DNA from: an uncultured SAR86 cluster bacterium
GTDB lineage: Bacteria > Pseudomonadota > Gammaproteobacteria > Magnimaribacterales > AG-339-G14
Direction: 5' to 3'
DNA length: 64,000 bases
Assembly: GCA_902616715.1 (NCBI GenBank)
Contig: CACMTR010000003.1
Coordinates: 16,302-80,301 of the forward strand
Positions within the stretch are counted from its first letter, which is position 1; each line of letters begins with the position of its first letter. A program made the position numbers and the translations under genes. The notes beneath the pieces were generated by a model. The model was not told where the DNA came from. It saw nothing but the letters and a program-made list of their open reading frames with translations, and did no database searches. This document shows positions 21,009-29,596 of this stretch, piece after piece.

Positions 21009-21302
21009 ATGAAATTTGGCGAGTATATCTTAGAAGAATTAAATTTTAATAAATGGAAATTAAAAAAAGATTTCTTGTTTAAAAAAAATAAGGTCGTAAA
21101 GATTGAAACTAAAAAGTTTAGCTTAGAAGAAACATCATTTTTATTTTCTTTGTCCATGTCCTTTGGACTGGATTTTAAAGAAAAAGATTCAAATGAAATT
21201 TTGAATTTTTTTGTAGAAAATGAAACTATAAAGCCCGACTGTTTAGAAGAATTTATGCTTGATTCAAACAAAAGAAAAAATGCATGGAAAAAAGAGTTAT
21301 AA
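21009..21302 (+). CDS. holD: candidate DNA polymerase III psi subunit (HolD-like), 97 aa
   Basis: Sits immediately upstream of rimI and overlaps it, which is the E. coli holD-rimI arrangement. N-terminal EYILEELNFNKWKLKK parallels E. coli psi DWQLQQLGITQWSLRR. C-terminal KRKNAWKKEL parallels ARAALWQQI (E. coli sequence from memory). No profile search was possible. Confidence 0.45.
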   Translation: MKFGEYILEELNFNKWKLKKDFLFKKNKVVKIETKKFSLEETSFLFSLSMSFGLDFKEKDSNEILNFFVENETIKPDCLEEFMLDSNKRKNAWKKEL

Positions 21303-21813
21303 ATTTAGGTCTCTAGAATTTAAAGATTTAGATCAAATCATGGAAATAGAAAAATTATCTAACCCTACGCCTTGGTCGATAGGTAGCTTCATTGACTGCA
21401 TAAATTCAAGTTATCAAAATATTGTAATTTTTGAAGATGACTCTCTTTTGGGATTTTGCATTTCTACAGTTAATTTTACTGAGTCTCATCTCTTGAATAT
21501 ATCAATTCACCCAGATTTTAGATCACAGGGTTTAGGTCAAAAACTTCTAAGTAAAACTGAAAAAGAACTTACCAAAAAAGGGGTTTCAGATATATTTTTA
21601 GAGGTTAGAAATAGTAATATTAGCGCAATTAATTTCTATAAAAAAAATAATTACAAAAAAGTAGGAAAAAGGAAAAATTACTATAGATTATTAGAGGGTA
21701 GAGAAGATGGGCTCATTTATACGAAACACATGCATTTATCCTCATTTGTTAGTATTTCTAGATTTGTTCTTTTCTTTTTAAGAAAAATTATTAATTTTAA
21801 TAGGGGGTATTAA
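21280..21813 (+). CDS. rimI: ribosomal-protein-S18-alanine N-acetyltransferase
   Basis: Aligns along its length with E. coli RimI (HLLNISIHPDFRSQGLGQKLL.., LEVRNSNISAINFYKKNNYKKVGKRKNYY....REDGLIY). I chose ATG 21280; the track start at 21259 is a TTG. Carries about 26 extra C-terminal residues. Confidence 0.85.
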   Translation: MHGKKSYKFRSLEFKDLDQIMEIEKLSNPTPWSIGSFIDCINSSYQNIVIFEDDSLLGFCISTVNFTESHLLNISIHPDFRSQGLGQKLLSKTEKELTKKGVSDIFLEVRNSNISAINFYKKNNYKKVGKRKNYYRLLEGREDGLIYTKHMHLSSFVSISRFVLFFLRKIINFNRGY

Positions 21814-22854
21814 ATGGAATTTAAAAAATTAGGTAACACCGATATTGAAGTTAGTTTGATATGTCTTGGAACTATGACCTGGGGACAACAAAACACTCAA
21901 GAAGAAGGCTTTGAACAAATGGATTATGCTTTAGAACAAGGCGTAAATTTTTTCGATACAGCTGAACTTTACTCTATTCCTCCTAAAGCAGAAACACAAG
22001 GAAGTACTGAAACAATAATAGGTAATTGGTTTAAAAAAAATGGAAACAGAAAAGAAATTATTCTAGCAACCAAAGTTGCTGGCAGAAGTGGAATGAAATG
22101 GTTTAGAGGGGGCGAAACAAGATTAAATAAAGAAAATATAGAAGAAGCAATTGAGGGAAGTTTAAAAAGACTTCAAACAGATTATATTGATTTATATCAA
22201 CTTCATTGGCCTGATAGAGCTTTAAATATTTTTGGAGGGGGATTGGGTCTTTATAAGCATTACGATCTAGAGTCTATTCCTATCGAAGAAACTTTAGAGG
22301 TATTAGAAGAAATAGTAAAAACTGGGAAAGTAAGGCACATCGGGCTTTCTAATGAAACTCCATGGGGATTATCTGAATTTTTAAATATTTCAGAGAAAAA
22401 ATCTTACCCGAGAGTTCAATCCGTGCAGAATGCTTACAATCTCTTAAATAGAAATTATGAAAGTGGGATGTCAGAGTTTTTTCATAGAAGTGAAGTAGGC
22501 TTGTTAGCATACTCACCTTTAGCTCAAGGTTATTTATCAGGAAAGTATTTAGACGGGAAACTCCCAGAAGGATCCAGAACCAAGTTATTTGGAAGAGGAC
22601 AAAGATATGAAACTCCCAGCGCTGAATCTGCTATAAGAAAATATGTAAATTTGGCTGAACAATCAAATTTAGATCCTTCGTTAATGGCCAATGCTTTTGT
22701 TAACTCGAGAGACTTTGTTACTTCAAATATTATTGGTGCAACTACAATGGATCAGCTTAAGCTTGCTATAGAAAGCGAACAAACTAAGTTATCTGATGAC
22801 ATATTGGATGAATTGGATAAGATTCATTCCGAATGCCCTAATCCTTGCCCTTAA
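21814..22854 (+). CDS. tas: NADP(H)-dependent aldo-keto reductase, Tas type
   Basis: 346 aa. Collinear with E. coli Tas (LGTMTWGQQN.., SLKRLQTDYIDLYQLHWPDR, IGLSNETPWG, IIGATTMDQLK). Confidence 0.8.
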   Translation: MEFKKLGNTDIEVSLICLGTMTWGQQNTQEEGFEQMDYALEQGVNFFDTAELYSIPPKAETQGSTETIIGNWFKKNGNRKEIILATKVAGRSGMKWFRGGETRLNKENIEEAIEGSLKRLQTDYIDLYQLHWPDRALNIFGGGLGLYKHYDLESIPIEETLEVLEEIVKTGKVRHIGLSNETPWGLSEFLNISEKKSYPRVQSVQNAYNLLNRNYESGMSEFFHRSEVGLLAYSPLAQGYLSGKYLDGKLPEGSRTKLFGRGQRYETPSAESAIRKYVNLAEQSNLDPSLMANAFVNSRDFVTSNIIGATTMDQLKLAIESEQTKLSDDILDELDKIHSECPNPCP

Positions 22855-22860
22855 AAATTA

Positions 22861-23304
22861 ATGATTGCTATTGAAGATATTTGCATTAAAAAGTGTGAAA
22901 ATTTTCATGGTATTGATAAGAAAAGTTTCCAGAAAATAATAGATCTTCGAGAAAAAAGTAAAGGGGATAAAATATATGATGATGGAAAGATCGATAAGGA
23001 AAGCAGTCATTTATTAATCTATATAAAAGAAAAATTAGTCGCTTATTCCAGACTTTGGCCAGATTCAGATAGAGATGTATCGGTACAAAGATTTTCAGTC
23101 TCTAAAGATTATAGAAATAAAGGAGTAGCAAAAATTTTAATGGATTTCATTTTTCAAATTCGAAAAAAACAATTTAATAATTGTTCTTTAATTTTGACTT
23201 CTAGGGAAGATACGAAAGAATTTTACGAAAAATTTGGTTTTGTAGTTTATAAAAAAAATATTGAGCAAAACAAGGTTAGATTTTATATGAGAAAAACTAA
23301 ATAA
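22861..23304 (+). CDS. GNAT family N-acetyltransferase (ElaA-like)
   Basis: 147 aa. LVAYSRLWPD...VQRFSVSKDYRNKGVAKILM and EFYEKFGFV parallel E. coli ElaA. Confidence 0.75.
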   Translation: MIAIEDICIKKCENFHGIDKKSFQKIIDLREKSKGDKIYDDGKIDKESSHLLIYIKEKLVAYSRLWPDSDRDVSVQRFSVSKDYRNKGVAKILMDFIFQIRKKQFNNCSLILTSREDTKEFYEKFGFVVYKKNIEQNKVRFYMRKTK

Positions 23305-23668
23305 TTTTAATTTCATTAGCTTGCGGTCCTTTTACACTTGAAACAACTTTGTAACTTACTCTAGTATTCTCTTTTAAACTTTTTCTGTCTTTTTCGTTCA
23401 CAGAGGCAAAATGAATAAATAGATCACCGCCTTTATCTCTTTCAAGGAAACCATAACCCTTGCTTGGATCAAACCATTTAATGGTTCCTTTCTCCCTTTT
23501 AAGTCTATATTTTATTTCTTTTCCATAAACCATGATCATACTGGAGATATAAGTTGAAAAGAAAATGAAAACTAAAGCTCTAAGAAAACTTTCTTGAAAA
23601 AATAAATTATAAAGCCCAGCTGCTAAAAGACTAACAATTATCCCAGCTGTAGCACCTCTTAACCACAT
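23297..23668 (-). CDS. cold-shock-domain protein with a predicted N-terminal two-helix membrane anchor
   Basis: The C-terminal 65 aa form a clear CSD (GTIKWFDPSKGYGFL = RNP1-like, DLFIHFASV = RNP2-like). The N-terminal 45 aa contain two hydrophobic segments (GATAGIIVSLLAAGLYNLFF; LRALVFIFFSTYISSMIMVY). An alternative internal start (Met45/Met47, about 23534/23528) would give a conventional 77-79-aa Csp. Confidence 0.65.
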   Translation of the reverse strand: MWLRGATAGIIVSLLAAGLYNLFFQESFLRALVFIFFSTYISSMIMVYGKEIKYRLKREKGTIKWFDPSKGYGFLERDKGGDLFIHFASVNEKDRKSLKENTRVSYKVVSSVKGPQANEIKII

Positions 23669-23675
23669 AATAAAA

Positions 23676-26417
23676 TTATACTTTTTTTAACACCTTAAGA
23701 TGATTTTTAGTATCAGAAATTTTAGATTTTATTTCTCTCAATTGTCTTCTTCTTTCTTTCACCAAAGATTTTGGAGCGTTATTTAGAAATTTCTCATTTC
23801 TTAATTGTTTATGCAATGATTCGTATTGAATGTTCAATTTTTTTAAATTTTCAGAATTCCTTTCTGTTTCTTTATCTGTATCTATGAGACCTTTCAGCGG
23901 AACAAATAATCTATCATCAGTAATAAGAATTATAGAGGAGGGAGGAGGATTAGATTCATGGTTAATATTGTCAATTCCAGCAAGTTTTTCAAGATATAAC
24001 TTATAGTTATTTAAAATCTTAAAAGTTTTATTTTTTTTATCTAAACACAAATCTATTTTTACTTTTGGAGATAGTCTCATTTCAGCTCTAAAGTTTCTTA
24101 TACCTGATACTGTAGATTTAATAATTTCTATTTCTTTAAAGGATTTTTTTGACTTTATTATTTTTGGAAAATCTCTTTGGGATATGCTTTTTTTATTAAA
24201 GTTGTGATATTTTTTAGTTTGTTGCCAAATTTCTTCAGTTATAAAAGGAATTATTGGATGCAAAACAACCAAAATTGATTCAAGAGATGTCACTAAAGAA
24301 TTTAAAATTAACCCTTTGTCTCTCTCTGTTAAATTTTTATCTTGTAATCTAGTTTTACAGAACTCGATATACCAATCGCAATAAATATCCCAAACAAACT
24401 CATAAATAACTTTAGTTGCAAGGTCAAATCTATAACTTTCTAAATGCATACAATATTCTTTTAGAGTTTTATTGAATTCGCTTAGAATCCACAAATCTTC
24501 GCTTGCCTTTGAAGTATCTTTTCTGATTTTATTTTCGTTACATTGCAATAAAATAAATCTTGATGCATTCCATAATTTATTACAGAAATTTCTGTATCCT
24601 TCGACCCTTTTTAAATCAAAATTTATGTCTCTACTTCCTGAAGCAAGAGAACAAAAAGTAAATCTAATAGCATCAGTTCCGTAAGGAGATATTCCATTAG
24701 GATATTCTTTTGCGGTCTTTTTTTTAATTTTCTGTTTTTGTTTTGGATTTATTAAGTTTGCAGTTCTTTTGTCTATTAAACTTTCTAATTCAATTCCATC
24801 AATAATGTCAATTGGGTCAATGATATTTCCTTTTGACTTTGACATTTTTTCACCTTCGCCATCTCTAACAAGGCCATGAATATAAACTTCCTTAAAAGGA
24901 ACTTCCTTAAGAAATTTATTAGATATCATTATCATTCTTGCAACCCAAAAGAAAATTATGTCAAAACCTGTAACTAGAACTGAAGTGGGATGAAATTTTT
25001 GTAAAAATTTTGTTTTTTTGGGCCAACCCAATGTCACAAATGTCCAAAGTTGAGAAGAAAACCAAGTGTCTAAAACATCTTCGTCTCTTTCTAATCTCTG
25101 GGCTTTCGTAAGATTGTATTTTTTTCTTACAGCTTCTTCAGTAGCACCTACATAAACATTATCATTTTCATCATACCAAGCCGGAATTCTGTGTCCCCAC
25201 CACAATTGTCGGGATATACACCAGTCTTTTATATCCTTCATCCATGAAAAATAGGTCTTTTCCCAATTGTTAGGGATAAATTCTATTTTTTTATCTTTCA
25301 CTAACTTTATGGCATCCTGCGCTAGTCGCTCAGATTTTAAATACCATTGTTTAGTTAACATAGGCTCTAGAATCTCTCCTGTCCTTTCACTTCTGGGAAC
25401 GTTATGTTTGTGGTTAAGTTCTTTGATGAGAGCCCCATTATTTTGTAAGTCCTCTAACAAGATTTTTCTAGCATTTAAAATTGAAAGATTCTGATATTTC
25501 TTTGGAACATTTTCATTAAGGAGACCATTTTTATTTAAAATATTTATTATCGGTAAATTATGTTTCTTGCCAATTTCGAAATCATTAAAATCGTGAGCGG
25601 GAGTTATTTTTAAACAACCTGTACCAAAGCTTTTATCTACATATTTGTCTCCAATAACTTCGATCGATCTTTCACAAAATGGGACCTCAAAACTTTCCCC
25701 AATAAGATTTTTATATTTTTTATCATTTGGATTTACTGCTATTGCGACATCACCAAACATCGTTTCTGGTCGCGTTGTTGCAACTACTATAGATTTATTT
25801 GTTTTTTTACTTTTGTAGGCTATATGCCAAATTTTTGAGTTTTCTTCTTCAGATAAAATTTCTAAATCCGAGATTGCAGTCTGTAAACTTACATCCCAAT
25901 TTACTAATCTATAACCTCTATAAATTAAACCCTCTTCATAAAGGGAACAAAATATTTCAGTCACAGCATCACTGAAATCCTTGTCCATTGTAAATTTCTC
26001 TCTGTTCCAATCTAACGAAGCCCCCATTCTTTTTAATTGAGAAGAAATGATATTTCCTGAACTTGATTTCCACTTCCAAACCTCCTTTTCGAATTTACTC
26101 CTACCAATTTTTTCTCTAGTAAGACCCTTTTGTTCGAGATTTCTTTCTACAACTAGTTGAGTTGCTATCCCAGCATGATCTGTTCCAGGCTGCCAGAGAA
26201 CTTCAAAACCTTTTAATCTTTTATATCTTGATAAAGTATCCATCAAAGTATTTTGAAAACCATGACCCATATGTAGACTGCCAGTCACATTTGGCGGAGG
26301 AATCATTATGCTAAAAGGCCTTTTATTTGATGAGACTTTAGGGCTAAAAAGCTTATTTTCCTCCCAATAGATATACCATTTTTTTTCTATTTTTTTTGGC
26401 TCAAATATTTTTTTCAT
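23676..26417 (-). CDS. valS: valyl-tRNA synthetase
   Basis: 913 aa. HIGH-type PPPNVTGSLHMGH, KMSKS, and a C-terminal coiled coil. pepA-holC-valS context. Confidence 0.97.
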   Translation of the reverse strand: MKKIFEPKKIEKKWYIYWEENKLFSPKVSSNKRPFSIMIPPPNVTGSLHMGHGFQNTLMDTLSRYKRLKGFEVLWQPGTDHAGIATQLVVERNLEQKGLTREKIGRSKFEKEVWKWKSSSGNIISSQLKRMGASLDWNREKFTMDKDFSDAVTEIFCSLYEEGLIYRGYRLVNWDVSLQTAISDLEILSEEENSKIWHIAYKSKKTNKSIVVATTRPETMFGDVAIAVNPNDKKYKNLIGESFEVPFCERSIEVIGDKYVDKSFGTGCLKITPAHDFNDFEIGKKHNLPIINILNKNGLLNENVPKKYQNLSILNARKILLEDLQNNGALIKELNHKHNVPRSERTGEILEPMLTKQWYLKSERLAQDAIKLVKDKKIEFIPNNWEKTYFSWMKDIKDWCISRQLWWGHRIPAWYDENDNVYVGATEEAVRKKYNLTKAQRLERDEDVLDTWFSSQLWTFVTLGWPKKTKFLQKFHPTSVLVTGFDIIFFWVARMIMISNKFLKEVPFKEVYIHGLVRDGEGEKMSKSKGNIIDPIDIIDGIELESLIDKRTANLINPKQKQKIKKKTAKEYPNGISPYGTDAIRFTFCSLASGSRDINFDLKRVEGYRNFCNKLWNASRFILLQCNENKIRKDTSKASEDLWILSEFNKTLKEYCMHLESYRFDLATKVIYEFVWDIYCDWYIEFCKTRLQDKNLTERDKGLILNSLVTSLESILVVLHPIIPFITEEIWQQTKKYHNFNKKSISQRDFPKIIKSKKSFKEIEIIKSTVSGIRNFRAEMRLSPKVKIDLCLDKKNKTFKILNNYKLYLEKLAGIDNINHESNPPPSSIILITDDRLFVPLKGLIDTDKETERNSENLKKLNIQYESLHKQLRNEKFLNNAPKSLVKERRRQLREIKSKISDTKNHLKVLKKV

Positions 26418-26862
26418 TTTCTTCTATAAATTCTGGTTTTAACCCGTCTCCTAAACATTTCTTGTAACTTTCCCTGGCTATATTTTGAAGGGTTGAATTA
26501 TCAGTTATTACAATTTGATAAGTTTTCTTAAAATCACAATAATTAGAAGGTAACTGAGGATTAAGATTTATAAGATAAAAGAAATCTTCTTCATTTTTTA
26601 AACCTGGATAAGAGATTAAAACGTCACAATCCTTTGAATCTTTTTGAGTTGTTATTTTATGAGGTATGTATATATTTTTTGGATGTCCCCATAATCTTTC
26701 ATCAAGAATTGAAGCTTGTTCAGCGTTGGAACATCTGATGCTTATTTTTTTCGAATCAATTAATGAAAAATTTTTATAAGTGATTTTTCCTGTTAGCTCG
26801 CAAACAAAATCTATAGCTTTTTCTTCTGTATCTCCAGCTTTTATAAAGCTTACAGTATTCAT
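26401..26862 (-). CDS. holC: DNA polymerase III chi subunit
   Basis: LDERLWGHPKNIYIPH parallels E. coli HolC LDEALWARPAESFVPH, and ARESYKKC parallels ARERYKAY. Position is between pepA and valS. Start moved to ATG 26862 (MNTVSF..), 4 nt after the pepA stop. Overlaps the valS start by 17 nt. Confidence 0.8.
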   Translation of the reverse strand: MNTVSFIKAGDTEEKAIDFVCELTGKITYKNFSLIDSKKISIRCSNAEQASILDERLWGHPKNIYIPHKITTQKDSKDCDVLISYPGLKNEEDFFYLINLNPQLPSNYCDFKKTYQIVITDNSTLQNIARESYKKCLGDGLKPEFIEENEKNI

Positions 26863-26866
26863 ATAT

Positions 26867-28375
26867 TTATTTTCTAGACAATAAATATTCCGTAAGAAGA
26901 GGAACAGGTCTCCCACTAGAAGTTTTCCCTACTCGTCCACCATAAGCAGTGCCAGCAATATCTAGATGGGCCCATTTATAAGATTTTGTAAAACGTGAAA
27001 GAAAACATGCGGCAGTTATTGTCCCAGCTCTTCCTCCAATGTTAGCAATATCGGCATACTTACTATTTATATCACTTTGGTACTCATCCCATAATGGAAG
27101 TTGCCAAGCTTTATCACAGCTTGAAAAGCCACTTTCCATAATCTTGTCAGCTAATCCTTGGTCATTAGAAAGAAGCCCTGTTGCTTGGTGACCTAACGCG
27201 ACAACACACGCTCCAGTTAAAGTAGCAATATCAATTACACTAGCTGGTTTGTATCTTTCAACATAAGTTAACGCATCGCAAAGAACTAGCCTTCCTTCAG
27301 CATCAGTATTTAAAATTTCTACTGTTTGGCCAGATAAAGTGTTAACTACATCACCTGGTTTGGTAGCCGTGCTACTAGGCATGTTTTCCGCTGAAGCGAC
27401 AATTCCAATGATATTTAATTTAGGCTTTATTTCACCAATCGCTCTCATTGTCCCAAAAACGCTTGCCGAGCCAGACATGTCATATTTCATTTCATCCATG
27501 TTTGGACTAGGTTTTATGCTAATTCCTCCGGTATCAAAAGTAATTCCTTTGCCAACTATCACATGAGGTTTAGATTTTTTTTCACCTCCAGAATATTGCA
27601 TGATTATAAATTTTGATTCTTGAGCACTTCCATTTCCAACGGAAAGAAGACAATCCATACCAAGTTTTTTCATTTCCTTCTCGCCTAAAACTTTAGTTTT
27701 TATTGAGGGATATGTTTTTGCTAATAATTTAGCTTGATTAGCAAGGTGTGACGGAGTGCATATATTCGCAGGAGTATTGGCAAGGTTTTTGGAAGTATTC
27801 ATCCCTGCACCAACAATTTGACCAATTTTAATTGATGAAATAATTTTTGTTTTTGAATCTTGCCCTTCTAAATTCAAAAAATTTACTTTTTTAAGCTTAT
27901 ATTTTGGTTGTTTTTTTTTGCCATCAAAAAAATATTGATAACAGCCAGATTCTATGTCTCTCGCGAGAATTTTGTATACCCATGATGCATTTTTTGATTT
28001 AACTTTAATTTCGGGAAGAAAAATATCTATATTTCTTGAATTAGCAGATATTGAAATTTTAGATAAAGCAGTACTTAAAGTTGAAAATTCATCTTCGTTG
28101 AGCTCCTTATTTTTCTTACCTAATCCAATAAAATAGACTTTGTTAGCCTTGAAACCATTTAATTCAGGAAGGTAAAGTTGATTTTTTAGTTCTCCAGTCA
28201 ATTCTTGCCTATCAATTAATTTCTTAATCGAACCTGAAGAGGCAGTGTTCAAAACTTTTGTGACATCATTTAATTTTTTATCTTCATTGATACCAATCAC
28301 CAAACAATCAGAGTTGAGACTTTGCAACGAGTTAATTTTTTTTTCATTTGTCGTTATAGAAATTAGTTTTTTCAT
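26867..28375 (-). CDS. pepA: leucyl aminopeptidase (PepA)
   Basis: NTDAEGRLVLCDAL signature and VGKGITFDTGG. Start placed at ATG 28375 (MKKLISI), which has a GGAG 5 nt upstream. The track start at 28390 is a TTG. Confidence 0.93.
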   Translation of the reverse strand: MKKLISITTNEKKINSLQSLNSDCLVIGINEDKKLNDVTKVLNTASSGSIKKLIDRQELTGELKNQLYLPELNGFKANKVYFIGLGKKNKELNEDEFSTLSTALSKISISANSRNIDIFLPEIKVKSKNASWVYKILARDIESGCYQYFFDGKKKQPKYKLKKVNFLNLEGQDSKTKIISSIKIGQIVGAGMNTSKNLANTPANICTPSHLANQAKLLAKTYPSIKTKVLGEKEMKKLGMDCLLSVGNGSAQESKFIIMQYSGGEKKSKPHVIVGKGITFDTGGISIKPSPNMDEMKYDMSGSASVFGTMRAIGEIKPKLNIIGIVASAENMPSSTATKPGDVVNTLSGQTVEILNTDAEGRLVLCDALTYVERYKPASVIDIATLTGACVVALGHQATGLLSNDQGLADKIMESGFSSCDKAWQLPLWDEYQSDINSKYADIANIGGRAGTITAACFLSRFTKSYKWAHLDIAGTAYGGRVGKTSSGRPVPLLTEYLLSRK

Positions 28376-28432
28376 TTTTGCTCCAATCAAAATTTGTTAG
28401 ATAATACTTATTAAGTTTATTGAAAAACTATT

Positions 28433-29587
28433 ATGCCAAAAATAATATCTTTTTATATATTAAACCAACTGTTAAAAACGTTACTTATAACTTTTATTAT
28501 CTTATTTGGGATATTATTTTTTAACGAATCAATTGATTTTTTAGAAAAAGCTTCAAATGGAGAGTTGTACCCAAGTCTTGTAAGTTTAGTTTTAATATTC
28601 TCAATTCCCTCAATTTTAGAAGTGGTGATACCGACCTCAGTGTTCATTGGCACTTTGATTTCTATATATAATTTAAAGAAAACAAATGAAATAACTTTCG
28701 CCAGTCAGGCTGGTTTGAGCAATTTAAAACTTATTGCATTAACTGTAATTCCTTCATTAGTAATTTCTCTCTTCTTAATTTTAAATTCTTTTTTTATTTC
28801 TCCTTCCTCAAATGAGCGCCTTGGATTTCTCTCAAATTCTCAATCTTTTGCAGACAATTTCAAGTTAATGGGAGAAGGAAAGGTAAATGAAATTGAAGAG
28901 CTTAATGGTATTTTTTACGCTGAAGGAGCTTCAGATTTAGGATTTCAAAATATTTTTGCAAAAATTGAATCTGAAGATCTCGATTACATATTGAGTTCTG
29001 AAGAAGTTTCAGCAAGTTCCTCAGATGATTCTTACAATCAAATTACATTTACCAAAGGTGAACTAGTAATTCCATTGAAAAAAAATGATTTATTTTTAGA
29101 TTTTAAAAATTTATTTTTTTTGTTTCCAAAAAATGATGTTGTTATAAATGAAAATATAAAAACTAAAAATTGGAATGAATTAATAAGTAATATTGATTCA
29201 GGCATTTATCTTTCTGAGATATTTGAAAGAATTTCTTTGAGCCTAATGTTGATAGTTTCTGTTTTGATAGCCGTTCCATTGAGTTTGAGGATGCATGAAA
29301 GTGGAAGGTTTTTATTAATTTTTTCAGGCTTGGTTATATTTTTGTCTTACTATGGATTAGTAATTGGCCAAAAAGTTTTTGTTGAAGAAGGAGTTTTAAG
29401 TCCTTTACAGATTTTCGTAATAATTCATTCAGTTTATTTAAGCCTTGGACTTTTTCTTTTTAGCTTAAATAATTACGCATTAGATTTAAATTCTTTTATT
29501 GCAAGAAAATATTCAAAAAAATGGTTCTTTCAACTTTTCTTTTTCTTCTTTTTAGTAATTTTATTTTTTAATTTTATCTTTTTATAA
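28433..29587 (+). CDS. lptF: LPS export ABC transporter permease LptF
   Basis: 384 aa. YjgP/YjgQ-type topology (3 TM, periplasmic domain, 3 TM). Divergent from pepA and followed by lptG, as in E. coli and Pseudomonas. Confidence 0.8.
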   Translation: MPKIISFYILNQLLKTLLITFIILFGILFFNESIDFLEKASNGELYPSLVSLVLIFSIPSILEVVIPTSVFIGTLISIYNLKKTNEITFASQAGLSNLKLIALTVIPSLVISLFLILNSFFISPSSNERLGFLSNSQSFADNFKLMGEGKVNEIEELNGIFYAEGASDLGFQNIFAKIESEDLDYILSSEEVSASSSDDSYNQITFTKGELVIPLKKNDLFLDFKNLFFLFPKNDVVINENIKTKNWNELISNIDSGIYLSEIFERISLSLMLIVSVLIAVPLSLRMHESGRFLLIFSGLVIFLSYYGLVIGQKVFVEEGVLSPLQIFVIIHSVYLSLGLFLFSLNNYALDLNSFIARKYSKKWFFQLFFFFFLVILFFNFIFL

Positions 29588-29596
29588 AACTTGGTT

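Noticed and set aside
20972-21271. A 99-aa minus-strand ORF mirroring the holD-like ORF.
   Set aside because: It overlaps the + strand ORF almost completely. The + strand ORF has the positional logic (upstream of rimI and overlapping it) and psi-like terminal motifs. The minus-strand product is low-complexity and would have to start within the leuA promoter region.
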